Shown: positions 17,494 through 27,602 of the stretch, piece after piece
Layout of the letters: each line of letters begins with the position of its first letter
Position numbering within the stretch: position 1 is the first letter of the stretch
NCBI GenBank assembly: GCA_903897605.1
Contig: CAIUCH010000042.1
Coordinates: 22,465 to 86,464 of the forward strand
Source: an uncultured Alphaproteobacteria bacterium
Lineage (GTDB): Bacteria > Pseudomonadota > Alphaproteobacteria > Micropepsales > Micropepsaceae
Length of the DNA: 64,000 nucleotides
Direction: 5' to 3'
Made by a program: the position numbers and the translations under genes
Notes under the pieces: generated by a model
Told to the model about the DNA's origin: nothing
Databases searched by the model: none
The model's input: only the letters and a program-made list of their open reading frames with translations

Positions 17494-17835
17494 TCAGGCC
17501 AGCTGGCGGAAGAAGCAGCTTGGCGCCCCGGTGTGGCAGGCCGGACCCAGTTGGTCCACCTTCAAAAGCACCACATCGCCGTCGCAATCCAGCAGGGCTT
17601 CCACCAGCCTTTGGGTATGGCCGCTGGTGTCGCCCTTTCGCCAGACTTTCTGGCGCGAGCGCGACCAATAGGTGACTTCCCTTGTCGCCAGGCTGGTCTG
17701 CAAGGTTTCCCGGTTCATCCAGGCCATCATCAGAACCTGGCCGGTGGCGGCGGACTGGGCGATCGCGGGCACCAGGCCGCGATCGTCGAAATGGACGGCG
17801 GCGAGGAAGGCGGCATCGGTCAGCGTGTCAGTCAC
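17494..17835 (-). CDS. hisI: phosphoribosyl-AMP cyclohydrolase
   Basis: 113 aa. [26 protein letters not shown]...[20 protein letters not shown]...[26 protein letters not shown] is the HisI signature. The GTG start overlaps the metC stop (GTGA). Confidence 0.92.
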   Translation of the reverse strand: MTDTLTDAAFLAAVHFDDRGLVPAIAQSAATGQVLMMAWMNRETLQTSLATREVTYWSRSRQKVWRKGDTSGHTQRLVEALLDCDGDVVLLKVDQLGPACHTGAPSCFFRQLA

Positions 17836-18989
17836 TTGATGTCCTTAAGACGGGCCAGGCCCAGTTCCAGATCGGCGATCAGATCGTCGGCATCCTCAAG
17901 CCCGGCATGAATGCGTATCACCGGTCCCTTGGCATCGAAGGATGCGGTGGCACGATGGATATGGCTGGGAAGGATCAGACTTTCAAACCCGCCCCAGGAA
18001 TAGCCGATTCCGAAATGCTGCATCCCGTCCACAAAAGCGGCCACGGCCGCCTCGGATACCGGTTTCAGCTCGAATCCGAACAGACCGCAGGCACCCTTGA
18101 AATCACGCTTCCACAGGGCATGGCCGGGATCGCCGGGCAGGGCGGGGTATAGTATTCGCGCCACTTCGGGGCGGGCGCCCAGCCACTGGGCGAGTTTGGT
18201 TGCGGTTTCCTGATGGCGCTTCAAACGCACCGCCATGGTGCGCAGCCCGCGCAATGCCAGGAAGCAGTCATCGCCGCTGGCGGCAAGGCCCATATTGCCG
18301 TGGGTTTCTTTCAGGCGCGCGGCATGACTTTGGTTGGCGCTGACATAGCCGATGGTCACATCGGCATGGCCGCCCAGATATTTGGTGCCCGCCTGGATGG
18401 AAAGATCGACGCCATGGCCATGGGCGTCGAACAGAAGCGGCGTCGCCCAGGTATTGTCCATCAGCACCGACGCGCCACGGGCATGGGCGGCCCTGGCGAT
18501 GGCGGGGATGTCCTGGATTTCGAAGGTGAGCGAACCGGGGCTCTCGCAGACCACCACCTTGGTGTTGGGCTTGAGCAGCGGCGCGATGTCGGCATTCGGC
18601 GCGTAATAAGTTGTCTCGACGCCAAGGCGCTTTAGCGTGGTGTCGCAGAAATGCCGGGTCGGGCCATAGACGCTGTCGGTCACCAGCATGTGGTCGCCGC
18701 TGCTCACCACGGACAAGATCGCGGTCGTTGCCGCGTTCAAACCCGACGGCACCAGCACCACTTGGGCGCCGCCTTCCAGCGCGCCGATCGCATCTTCCAG
18801 GCTATGCGAAGTCGGCGTGCCGCGCCGGCCATAGGTGTAGAGCTGCTTGCCGGGCGCCAGGCTGGCGACATCCGGGAACAGAATGGTGGAGGCGCGATAG
18901 ACAGGGGTGTTGACGGCGCCGAAATGGGAATCGCTCATGCGGCCGGCGCTGACAATGACGGTGTCTGGTTTGTCGTGCTTCGTTGACAC
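17832..18989 (-). CDS. metC: cystathionine beta-lyase
   Basis: 385 aa. It belongs to the Cys/Met-metabolism PLP family, with the lysine motif [15 protein letters not shown] and a MetC-type N-terminus (TILFPD...[15 protein letters not shown]). Confidence 0.88.
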   Translation of the reverse strand: MSTKHDKPDTVIVSAGRMSDSHFGAVNTPVYRASTILFPDVASLAPGKQLYTYGRRGTPTSHSLEDAIGALEGGAQVVLVPSGLNAATTAILSVVSSGDHMLVTDSVYGPTRHFCDTTLKRLGVETTYYAPNADIAPLLKPNTKVVVCESPGSLTFEIQDIPAIARAAHARGASVLMDNTWATPLLFDAHGHGVDLSIQAGTKYLGGHADVTIGYVSANQSHAARLKETHGNMGLAASGDDCFLALRGLRTMAVRLKRHQETATKLAQWLGARPEVARILYPALPGDPGHALWKRDFKGACGLFGFELKPVSEAAVAAFVDGMQHFGIGYSWGGFESLILPSHIHRATASFDAKGPVIRIHAGLEDADDLIADLELGLARLKDIK

Positions 18990-20330
18990 TTAGGTTTTTT
19001 CCTCAAGCAGGGGCCGCAACGGGCGATCGACGGCGTGGATGGCCAGTCCCGCGACGGCCGCGATCAGGGCAATCATCACAAAGAACAAGGATTTGTCCAT
19101 CTTGTCCCAGTAACTGGCCAGCCAGCCCTGCAGGAAGCCGCCGCCCAGGAAATTGGGCAGGAAATTCACCGCCATCATCAGCGAGACGATCCGCAAGGGC
19201 GCGATTTTTGAAAACAGGGATAGGCTGGCGGGATAAAGATAAATCTCGCCCACCGTCATGATGACGAAATAGACCGCCAGCCACAGCCAATTCGATTTGC
19301 CGGCGCCCAGATGCCAGGCGGCAAATGCCATCACCAGATTGGCAATCGTCATCAGATAGCAGCCCCAAGCCATTTTCATGGTGCTGCTGGGCGCGCCTGC
19401 GCCCTGGCGCTGCCAAAGCGCCAGGAGCATGGGCGTGCCGAAAAAGATCACGCCGGGATTGAAGGACTGGAACCAGGTCCAAGGGATGTTCCAGCCGAAG
19501 ATCGCCCGGTCGGTATTGTCCATCGACCAAAGGGCAACGGTATTGCCCTGCTGTTCGTTGCACGCCCAATACAGCGTCAAGGGAATGACCAGCAGGAACA
19601 GGGCGCCAACGGATTTCCATTCCGCCTTGGTCAATGGCGGGCGCGGCTGCTTGGCGCGCATTGCGCGCGGCGGTTCGGGCGGCAAATCCTTCCAGCCGAT
19701 CAGATAGACGGCCAGAGCCAGCAGCATGCCGACACCGGCGGCGCCGAAGCCGTAACGCCAGCCCACTTCTTCACCCAGGGTGCCGCAGACAAAGGGGGCG
19801 AGGAATGCTCCAAGATTGATTCCGACATAGAAGATGGAATAGCCGCTGTCGCGGCGGGGATCGCCTTTTTCATACAGCAGGCCAACTTGCGTGGATGTGT
19901 TGGTCTTGAAGAAGCCGCCGCCCACGATCAAAAGCGCCAAGGCGGGGAACAGCAGATTCTCGAACGCCATCATGAAATGGCCGAACGCCATCATCACGAT
20001 CCCGCTCAGCGCGATCAGGCGCTGGCCGAAGTAGCGGTCCGCCATCCAGCCGCCCAGCAAGGGCGTGGCATAGATCAGCCCGGTATAGGTGCCATAAATG
20101 AATGCGGACATGGGCTGGACGCCCAGCGGCCCGGCCAGCATCTCGTAAAAACCCTTGATCTGCGGATATAGCCAGACCTGTTCGACATGCCCAGGAAGGA
20201 GAAGGTATTTGACCAGGTACCCCACCAAGAGGGCGCGCATCCCATAATAGGAAAAGCGTTCCCACATTTCGGTTCCGAACAGGAAGGCCAGGCCTCGCGG
20301 CTGGTCGAAGAGTGCGCGCGGTGTGGTCAC
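18990..20330 (-). CDS. POT/PTR2-family di/tripeptide MFS transporter
   Basis: 446 aa. FGTEMWERFSYYGMRALLVGYL and GGWMADRYFGQR are PTR2 signatures, with multiple TM segments. Confidence 0.88.
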   Translation of the reverse strand: MTTPRALFDQPRGLAFLFGTEMWERFSYYGMRALLVGYLVKYLLLPGHVEQVWLYPQIKGFYEMLAGPLGVQPMSAFIYGTYTGLIYATPLLGGWMADRYFGQRLIALSGIVMMAFGHFMMAFENLLFPALALLIVGGGFFKTNTSTQVGLLYEKGDPRRDSGYSIFYVGINLGAFLAPFVCGTLGEEVGWRYGFGAAGVGMLLALAVYLIGWKDLPPEPPRAMRAKQPRPPLTKAEWKSVGALFLLVIPLTLYWACNEQQGNTVALWSMDNTDRAIFGWNIPWTWFQSFNPGVIFFGTPMLLALWQRQGAGAPSSTMKMAWGCYLMTIANLVMAFAAWHLGAGKSNWLWLAVYFVIMTVGEIYLYPASLSLFSKIAPLRIVSLMMAVNFLPNFLGGGFLQGWLASYWDKMDKSLFFVMIALIAAVAGLAIHAVDRPLRPLLEEKT

Positions 20331-22291
20331 GCGGCGCGTGCCCGGCGCAGCAGCCAGCCATAAAGAAATACGATCAGGCCCGCGAAGCCGAGGATTGCGA
20401 TGGGGCCGGGCAAACTGAAATCCGAAGATACCAAGGCCAGTGGCGCGTCGCGATTGAAGCCGACGATCAAGCCGGCATTGATCACGCCGAACAGGCTTTC
20501 GCCCACGATCAGGCCTGAGGCTACCAGCACGCCCAAGCGCTTGGCGCGCTCGCCGCGTATGCTGCGATTATAGAGCCAGCCGATCACCGCCCCGACCACT
20601 ACGGGGAGGGTGGCCTCCATCGGAAGATAAATCCCCAAGCCCACCGCCAGAGGCGGAATGCGCAACAGTTTGGCCATGTGCAGGATCTCGTCCAGTAACA
20701 CGATGCCTGCTCCGACCACGGCGCCGATCTCGATCAGATTCCAGTTGAGCTTGCCGCCAATCACGCCTTGCGCCAGTGCGGCCATCAAGTTGGCCTGAGG
20801 CGCCGCCAATGGTTGAGACGTGACAGTGTGAAGATTGGCGGCGCCGGCAAAGCCATAAGCCTGTCCCAGAAGATTGAGCACGACAGGCACGGTGACTGTG
20901 GCGGCGGCCACGCCTGCAAGCAACGCCACTTGCTGACGCCAGGGTGTTGCGGCCACCAACTGGCCGGTCTTCAAGTCTTGCAGATTGTTGTTGGAGCTGC
21001 AGGCCACCGCAAACAGGATAGCGGTGATGAACAGTGCAATCGCCACCAAGGGTTTGGTGTCATGGCCGCCGAACAGAACCACCAGGCCTAATGCCGTGCC
21101 TACTGTCGCTAGAATGCCAACGCCCGAGATAGGACTGTTGGAGGAGCCGATCAGTCCCGCCATATAGCCGCAGATGGCCGAGACAAAGAAACCGCCGGCC
21201 AGGATCAACGGGATCGAGAATAGCGCGATCAGAAGCGCGGAATCCGTCAGACCTGTCTCGCCGCTGAAGCGCCATACCAGCCAGGTGGTGATCGCGGTCG
21301 AAACCACGCCAATCGCGAGGATAATGGGAAAGGGCATATCGCGGTCTGTCCGGTCGACAAGATCACGCGCTCTTCCTTGTGCCCGCATCATGGTCTTGAG
21401 CCCGCCGACAATGGGCCCCATGGTCCGAAGCAGGGACCAGATGGCCGCCACAGCCATCGCCCCCGCGCCCATGAATCGCACATCATTACGCCAAACGCCG
21501 CTGACAAAGCTCGCCAGATCGCCATGCATCGGTGTCATCGTGGTGAGCAGGGGCACGGCCCCGGCCCAGGCGATCAAAATTCCCACCAGCATGGCGAGCC
21601 CCACGGAGATTCCCACCAAGTGACCGGCGCCCACCAGTGCCAGGGAAAACGAAAAGCTGTAGCCGGTTGCCGCCACGGCGCCGGTGCGGAAAACCCCATG
21701 CGCCCCGTCCGCGGCCAGCCGCATCGCGGTCGCGATCGCAAGCCCGGCAGACGCGAGCGCGCCATAGGCCACCGCCAGCAAACCCTCGCGCGCTTCGGGA
21801 TTTTCGGCACGCATGTCGGCGCCCACTTTGAGCACTTCGGCGGCCGCCACACCTTCCGGATAGGGCAGATCGGATTGCGTCACTAAAGCGCGGCGCAACG
21901 GGATGGTGAAAAGCACGCCCAACACACCGCCCGCGGCACAGACAAGGAAGGAGGTCCAGAATGGAAAACCCGTCCACCAGCCAATGATCACAAGGCTAGG
22001 CAGTATGAAGATGACCGAGGCCAAGGCCCCAGCCGCCGAGCACACGGTCTGCACGATATTGTTCTCGCGGATATTGGAGCCGGGCAACAGGCCCAGCAAT
22101 GCCATCGAAATCACCGCGGCCGGGATCGAGGTGGCGATAGTTAGCCCCACCTTCAGTCCCAGATACATATTGGCGGCGGTGAAAAGAAAGGTGAGGGCCA
22201 CGCCCAAGATAATGCCGCGCCAGGTCAGTTCTTTGCCGTCGGTCGGGGTCATGGCGCGCCTTGGAATTGCCCGGTCGGACTGTGCCTTCAA
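20327..22291 (-). CDS. OPT-family oligopeptide transporter
   Basis: 654 aa and highly hydrophobic, with an OPT-type N-terminus (ELTWRGIILGVALTFLFTAANMYLGLKVGLT) and GYMAGLIGSSNSPISG. Confidence 0.85.
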   Translation of the reverse strand: MKAQSDRAIPRRAMTPTDGKELTWRGIILGVALTFLFTAANMYLGLKVGLTIATSIPAAVISMALLGLLPGSNIRENNIVQTVCSAAGALASVIFILPSLVIIGWWTGFPFWTSFLVCAAGGVLGVLFTIPLRRALVTQSDLPYPEGVAAAEVLKVGADMRAENPEAREGLLAVAYGALASAGLAIATAMRLAADGAHGVFRTGAVAATGYSFSFSLALVGAGHLVGISVGLAMLVGILIAWAGAVPLLTTMTPMHGDLASFVSGVWRNDVRFMGAGAMAVAAIWSLLRTMGPIVGGLKTMMRAQGRARDLVDRTDRDMPFPIILAIGVVSTAITTWLVWRFSGETGLTDSALLIALFSIPLILAGGFFVSAICGYMAGLIGSSNSPISGVGILATVGTALGLVVLFGGHDTKPLVAIALFITAILFAVACSSNNNLQDLKTGQLVAATPWRQQVALLAGVAAATVTVPVVLNLLGQAYGFAGAANLHTVTSQPLAAPQANLMAALAQGVIGGKLNWNLIEIGAVVGAGIVLLDEILHMAKLLRIPPLAVGLGIYLPMEATLPVVVGAVIGWLYNRSIRGERAKRLGVLVASGLIVGESLFGVINAGLIVGFNRDAPLALVSSDFSLPGPIAILGFAGLIVFLYGWLLRRARAA

Positions 22292-22298
22292 TCCCCGG

Positions 22299-22829
22299 TC
22301 AGGGCAATTCCACGAAACGTTCTTCCCGCGCGTAGGGACTAAACCCCATGCGTTGATAGAGCGGCAGGGCGCGAGGGTGATCCAGAGTGCAGGTGTTGAC
22401 CAGCAATTTGGTGATCGGTTGCGCCCAGGCGCTCATGCAGGTCTGATAGAGAAAGAAAAAGCCCAGCCTTTTTCCCGTCGCTTCCGGGGTCAGCCCGAAA
22501 TAGGCGATATTGGCGGCGCCGTCGGCGCGCATTTCCAGCTCGGCCATCCCGGCAGGGGTTCCTTCCGTATACAGAACATAAAGGTGATTGGTGGGCGCAT
22601 GAATGATTTCCGTCAGCTTGTCGTCGGAGAGCTTCTTGCGATCGACCCAGAAATATTTGCTGCCCACCGCGTCGTAAAGATAGCGGTAGAATTGCACCGG
22701 CGGATGCTCGCTTTTGAGGAACGCGATCTTGCCGCGCGGCAGGGGCGGCGGCAGCGCGGCGGGCTTGGCCGTCATTTCCAGGAAGGTGACGGTCATGGGA
22801 ATGCGGCGGGGACTTCCGCTGGCCGACAT
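22299..22829 (-). CDS. GNAT-family N-acetyltransferase
   Basis: 176 aa. An acetyl-CoA-binding-type segment (FGLTPEATGKRLGFFFL) and the C-terminal ALPLYQRMGF are present. An alternative start is MTVTFLEM, 11 codons in. Confidence 0.75.
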   Translation of the reverse strand: MSASGSPRRIPMTVTFLEMTAKPAALPPPLPRGKIAFLKSEHPPVQFYRYLYDAVGSKYFWVDRKKLSDDKLTEIIHAPTNHLYVLYTEGTPAGMAELEMRADGAANIAYFGLTPEATGKRLGFFFLYQTCMSAWAQPITKLLVNTCTLDHPRALPLYQRMGFSPYAREERFVELP

Positions 22830-23659
22830 CAGGCGGGACCTGTCGCAATCGGGGTGTCGTCACGGCCGCCCCATTCCGTCCAGGAGCCGTCATAGATCGC
22901 GACCTGTCGGCTGCCCAGCTTTTCCAGCGCCAGCATCAGGATCGCGGCGGTAACGCCGGAGCCGCAACTGGTGATGATCGGCGCACGCAGATCGACGCCT
23001 TTCTCGGCGAAGAGTTTCTGCAGCGCGGCATCGTCCTTCAACCGGTTGTCGGCGGTGAGGACAGCGCGATAGGGGATGTTGGCGGCGCCTGGCATGTGAC
23101 CGGATTTCAGGCCGGGGCGCGGTTCGGCTTCGCTGCCTTCAAAACGTGGCGCGCTACGCGCGTCCAGCACCTGGGTGTTGCCCAGCGCGGCTTTCACGGC
23201 GCCGAAGTCGCGCAGGATCGCGCCATTCGGCCGCGGCGTGAAGGTGGCGGGGTTGGGTTTGGCCGGTCCGCTTTCCAGCGCACCGCCCGCCGCTTTCCAG
23301 GCCGGCATGCCGCCATCCAGCACCGCAACCTTGTCATGGCCCATGGCTTTCATGGCCCACCACACGCGCGGCGCGGAGAAGATGCCATTGCCGTCATAGA
23401 CCACCACCATGTCGCTATCGCCGACACCCAAAGCGCCCGCATCGCGTGCGAATTGTTCTGGCATTGGCAGCATATGGGGCAGGGACGTGGCGTGATCCGA
23501 CAGCGCATCGATGTCATAGAAGGCCGCGCCGGGTATATGCGCGGTTTCGAATTCCGCTTTGGGATCGCGCTTGTCGGCAGGCATGTACCAGGAGGCATCC
23601 AATACGCGGACCTGATTCAGATGCTGCTTCAACCATTCGGCGGATACGATGTCGTTCAT
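22829..23659 (-). CDS. sseA: 3-mercaptopyruvate sulfurtransferase (tandem rhodanese)
   Basis: 276 aa with two rhodanese domains and the active-site loop ITSCGSGVTA. The N-terminus is WLKQHL...VRVLDASW. Confidence 0.88.
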   Translation of the reverse strand: MNDIVSAEWLKQHLNQVRVLDASWYMPADKRDPKAEFETAHIPGAAFYDIDALSDHATSLPHMLPMPEQFARDAGALGVGDSDMVVVYDGNGIFSAPRVWWAMKAMGHDKVAVLDGGMPAWKAAGGALESGPAKPNPATFTPRPNGAILRDFGAVKAALGNTQVLDARSAPRFEGSEAEPRPGLKSGHMPGAANIPYRAVLTADNRLKDDAALQKLFAEKGVDLRAPIITSCGSGVTAAILMLALEKLGSRQVAIYDGSWTEWGGRDDTPIATGPA

Positions 23660-24690
23660 TTCTCAAACGGGACTTTGATCGGCGCGCGCGTCTGTGTCAG
23701 CCAGCGCGGCGCGGGCAGTCCCTTTCCTTTCAGAAAATCCGGGTTGAACAATTTACTCTGGTAGCGATTGCCATAGTCGCAGAGCATGGTGACGATGGTA
23801 TGCCCCGGGCCCAGGTCGTGGGCCATGCGGATCGCGGCCGCGACATTGATGCCGGATGAGCCGCCCAGGCACAGGCCTTCATGCTCCAGCAGATCGAAGA
23901 TCACGGGCAGGGCCTCTTCGTCGGGAATTTCATAGGCGTCGTCGATCGGCGCGTCTTTCAGATTGGCGGTGACGCGGTTCTGGCCGATCCCTTCGGTGAT
24001 GGAAGAACCGTGCGATTCCAGTTTGCCGGTCTTGATCCAGGAATAGATCGCAGCCCCCAAAGGATCGGCGGCGGCGATCCTTACGGCGGGATTGCGCTGT
24101 TTCAAGGCGATGGCGACACCAGCCAAGGTTCCGCCGCTGCCGACGGCGCAGGTAAAGCCGTCGATCTTTCCGTTGGTCTGCGCCCAGATCTCCGGACCGG
24201 TGGTTTCGATATGAGCCTGGCGGTTGGCGACATTGTCGAATTGATTGGCCCAGATCGCGCCGTTCTTCTCGGTGCGCGCCATGTCCTCGGCCAAGCGTCC
24301 CGACAGGCGGACATAATTGTTGGGATCGCGATAGGGCTTGGCAGGCACTTCGATCAGTTCCGCACCCATCAGGCGCAGCGCATCCTTCTTTTCCTGGCTT
24401 TGGGTCTCGGGGATCACGATCACGGTTTTGAAGCCCATGGCGTTCGCCACCAGCGCCAGGCCGATACCGGTATTGCCGGCGGTGCCCTCGACGATTGTGC
24501 CGCCGGGTTTGAGCGCGCCGCGCGCCATGGCGTCACGGATGATGAACAAGGCCGCGCGATCCTTGACCGACTGGCCGGGGTTGAGGAATTCGGCTTTACC
24601 GAGAATCTCGCAACCGGTCTGTTCCGAGGCGCGCTTAAGGCGGATCAACGGCGTGTTGCCGATCGCCGCGATGACATCCGCAAGAACCAT
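23656..24690 (-). CDS. cysteine synthase / cystathionine beta-synthase-like PLP enzyme
   Basis: 344 aa. It has IGNTPLIRL, the PLP-lysine context LNPGQSVKDRAAL, GTAGNTGIGLA and GSGGTLAG. There is no C-terminal CBS-pair domain. Confidence 0.85.
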   Translation of the reverse strand: MVLADVIAAIGNTPLIRLKRASEQTGCEILGKAEFLNPGQSVKDRAALFIIRDAMARGALKPGGTIVEGTAGNTGIGLALVANAMGFKTVIVIPETQSQEKKDALRLMGAELIEVPAKPYRDPNNYVRLSGRLAEDMARTEKNGAIWANQFDNVANRQAHIETTGPEIWAQTNGKIDGFTCAVGSGGTLAGVAIALKQRNPAVRIAAADPLGAAIYSWIKTGKLESHGSSITEGIGQNRVTANLKDAPIDDAYEIPDEEALPVIFDLLEHEGLCLGGSSGINVAAAIRMAHDLGPGHTIVTMLCDYGNRYQSKLFNPDFLKGKGLPAPRWLTQTRAPIKVPFEK

Positions 24691-24721
24691 GGCGTAAATC
24701 TAAAGGGCTCTCCTGCGGGCT

Positions 24722-26116
24722 TCAACCCTTGCCGAGCGCTTTGAAGGCTTTGAGGGCGCGCATCCGGCCTTGGGCCAAATCCACAATCGGCGCGGGATAA
24801 TCTCTCGGCGGCGTGGGCGCGTCCCAGGGATGGTGGAGGTATTTGCCGGATATGTCATTCAATTCGGGAACAAAATGGCGGACATAGCGACCGTCCGGAT
24901 CGAATTTCTCGCCCTGCAAGACAGGATTGAAAATCCGGAAAAAGGGCGCCGCATCGGCACCCGATCCCGCCACCCATTGCCAGTTGGCGGCGTTGTTGGC
25001 GAGACCGGCATCCACCAGCGTATCCCAGAACCATTCCTCACCGTGTTTCCAGTGGATACCCAGATGCTTGATCAGAAACGACGCCACGATCATGCGCACG
25101 CGATTGTGCATCCAACCCGTCCGCCACAGCTGGCGCATGCCGGCATCGACAATGGGGATGCCGGTTTCGCCGCAGGTCCAGGCACGAAATTCGTCATTGC
25201 CGTCACGCCAGGGGAATTTCACAAAGCGTTTGTCGAACGGTTCTTCGGGAAGATCCGGATTGTGGAAAAGAAGCTGGGCGCAGAATTCACGCCAGCCCAG
25301 TTCCTTGAGAAAAGCCTGGGCCCCCAGGCTGCGCGCATGTGGCGAAGCTTTGGCCGCGTGCCAGACTTGGCGAGGGCTGATTTCTCCCCAATTGAGATGA
25401 GGCGAGAGCCGCGACGTGCCGTCGACGCCGGGTATGTCCCGTGCCCCGGCATAGTCTGCGATGCCGTCCACGAACGATGACAGTACGCGCTGCGCCGCCG
25501 CTTCGCCCGGCACCCAGTCAAAACTCTTCGCCCAGTCGGGTTTGTCAGGCAGCAGCTTCCAACTGCCGAGATCGTCGCCGGAGACGGTTTGGTGGAAGAT
25601 GAGTTTCCGGGGTGCGGGATGGCATTTGCCGGGCTCCGTCTTTTCCCGCAGAACTTTCCAGAACGGGGTGAAGACGCGAAATGGCCTTCCCTGCTTGGTC
25701 GCTATTTCCCAGGGTTCGAACAGAAGAGACGCGTTGAAGCTTTCGACTGCGATGCCGTCATTGATCAATTCTTGTTTCAATACATTGTCGCGCGTCATCG
25801 CAAATGGCTCGTAACAGCGATTCCATGTCACCATGTCCGCGCCGATTTCCTCGGCGATGGATTTAAGAATTTTACCGGCATGGCCGCGGCGCAACACCAG
25901 CCTGCCGCCTTTGTGATTGTTCAAGGTCTTGCCCAGCGCCATCAGCGAATGGTGCAGCCACCAGCGTGCCGCGCCGCCCCATCTCCAATTGCCAGGTGTT
26001 TCGTCGTCCAGAATGTAAAGGCAGACGAGGGGGCGCCCCGAACGCGCCGCAAAACCGAGAGCGGGATTGTCGGCCAAACGCAGATCCTGGCGGAACCAGA
26101 CGATGATCGGTTTCAT
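24722..26116 (-). CDS. phrB: deoxyribodipyrimidine photolyase
   Basis: The internal start MKPIIVWFRQDLRLADNPAL gives 464 aa. The C-terminal FAD-binding motifs are TGWMHNRVRMIVASFL and WQWVAGSGADAAPFFRIFNP. Confidence 0.9.
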   Translation of the reverse strand: MKPIIVWFRQDLRLADNPALGFAARSGRPLVCLYILDDETPGNWRWGGAARWWLHHSLMALGKTLNNHKGGRLVLRRGHAGKILKSIAEEIGADMVTWNRCYEPFAMTRDNVLKQELINDGIAVESFNASLLFEPWEIATKQGRPFRVFTPFWKVLREKTEPGKCHPAPRKLIFHQTVSGDDLGSWKLLPDKPDWAKSFDWVPGEAAAQRVLSSFVDGIADYAGARDIPGVDGTSRLSPHLNWGEISPRQVWHAAKASPHARSLGAQAFLKELGWREFCAQLLFHNPDLPEEPFDKRFVKFPWRDGNDEFRAWTCGETGIPIVDAGMRQLWRTGWMHNRVRMIVASFLIKHLGIHWKHGEEWFWDTLVDAGLANNAANWQWVAGSGADAAPFFRIFNPVLQGEKFDPDGRYVRHFVPELNDISGKYLHHPWDAPTPPRDYPAPIVDLAQGRMRALKAFKALGKG

Positions 26117-26147
26117 TCCGCGGTTGCGCGACAGATCCGGATTTGGA

Positions 26148-26732
26148 TCAATGCTTGTCCAATCGCATGCACTCGGCGTGGCGGAAGCAGGTGGTGACAT
26201 GGTCATTGACCATGCCGACGGCCTGGGCAAACGCGTAGGAGATCACCGGGCCGCAGAATTTGAAGCCGCGCTGCTTGAGGTCATGGGCCAGGCCCTCGCT
26301 CATCTCATTTTGAGTGGGAATCTGATCCCTGGACTTGGCGCGCCGATTCACCGGTTTGCCATCGACATGTTTCCAGATGAAGTCGCGAAAGCCGCCGGGC
26401 TCTTCCTCGATCTCCAGCCACAATTTGGCGCCCTTGACCGCGGCCTCGATCTTGGCACGGCTGCGAACGATCCCGTCATTCTTTAGGAGCCGGTCGATGT
26501 CGCGCGCGCCATAGCGGGCGATGCGATGCGGATCGAAGCCATGAAAAGCCTTGCGGAAATTTTCCCGCTTTCTGAGGATGGTGATCCAACTCAGACCGGC
26601 CTGGAATCCATCCAGCACCAGCTTTTCGTAAAGCGCCCGGCTGTCATATTCCGGCACGCCCCATTCGGTGTCGTGATACGCGACATACTGCGCGTCGGCG
26701 CCGGGCCATGCACAGCGTAATTTATCTTTCAT
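26148..26732 (-). CDS. tag: DNA-3-methyladenine glycosylase I
   Basis: RCAWPGADAQYVAYHDTEWGVPEYDSRALYEKLVLDGFQAGLSWITIL is the Tag signature. The ATG at 26732 overlaps the ygfZ stop (ATGA). Confidence 0.92.
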   Translation of the reverse strand: MKDKLRCAWPGADAQYVAYHDTEWGVPEYDSRALYEKLVLDGFQAGLSWITILRKRENFRKAFHGFDPHRIARYGARDIDRLLKNDGIVRSRAKIEAAVKGAKLWLEIEEEPGGFRDFIWKHVDGKPVNRRAKSRDQIPTQNEMSEGLAHDLKQRGFKFCGPVISYAFAQAVGMVNDHVTTCFRHAECMRLDKH

Positions 26733-27571
26733 GTCTGCAACCATGCCGGTCTGGTGATGGTCACCGGAATTGTATCGGCGATCAATGGCGATTTCGCTTC
26801 CTCCAAACGGTCCAGGCGCACCAACGCGAAGCCCTCCGAACCATAAGTCGAAATGATCTCACCGATCTCACTGTCACCGGCGATGATTTTCGCGCCCGGT
26901 TGCAATGGGTTGTCGGCGCGCACCGCAAGGATCCGCTTGCGCGCCGTGCCCCTGTGTTTCATCCGCGCCGTCAATTCCTGGCCGACATAGCAGCCTTTGT
27001 CGAAAGTGACGCCGTTTAATTCCCCCAGCCCCGCATCCAGCGCCAATATCTTGTCGCTGCCGAAATCAGCGCCTTCCGGCACGCACAATGCGAGACGGCG
27101 GGCATGATAGGGTGCGGGTCCTTGCAGAAAATCCGGCATCTCGGCGCTGGCGCCGATACTGCGCGGTCCAAGCGCCGCCACCCGGGGGTCGGCGAAAGTG
27201 ACGGCGCGTTCCGCCGGTCTGCCGGTCAGGCCGACATAGACCGAAAGTTGTGGCCTGAGCGCGATTCCGATTTTGGCGCGCAGGCGGTACATGGTGAGCC
27301 GCTTGACCAGAGCTGCCGCCCGATCTGCGGCGCAATCGAGCAATATCGCGCCGTCGCCTTCGGCCATCAGGAAGTCGAACAGGATCTTGCCTTGCGGCGT
27401 CAGCAGCGCCGCATAAAGGCCGGTCGCCGGGGCCAAGCGCGCCGTATCATTTGTGACAAGGCCTTGGAGGAATTCGCGCGCCTCGCCGCCTTCCAGGGCA
27501 ATGACGGCGCGATCCTTGAGATGAAGCGGTTCCATGGCCCCGGAAGTAATCCTCTGCGTCAAGGTTGCCAA
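26729..27571 (-). CDS. ygfZ: folate-binding Fe-S cluster repair / tRNA-modification protein YgfZ family
   Basis: 280 aa with a GcvT-like fold and the YgfZ signature FDKGCYVGQELTARMKHRG. Confidence 0.85.
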   Translation of the reverse strand: MATLTQRITSGAMEPLHLKDRAVIALEGGEAREFLQGLVTNDTARLAPATGLYAALLTPQGKILFDFLMAEGDGAILLDCAADRAAALVKRLTMYRLRAKIGIALRPQLSVYVGLTGRPAERAVTFADPRVAALGPRSIGASAEMPDFLQGPAPYHARRLALCVPEGADFGSDKILALDAGLGELNGVTFDKGCYVGQELTARMKHRGTARKRILAVRADNPLQPGAKIIAGDSEIGEIISTYGSEGFALVRLDRLEEAKSPLIADTIPVTITRPAWLQT

Positions 27572-27602
27572 GGTGGCACAGAGGAGCTAACCCACACCTC
27601 GC

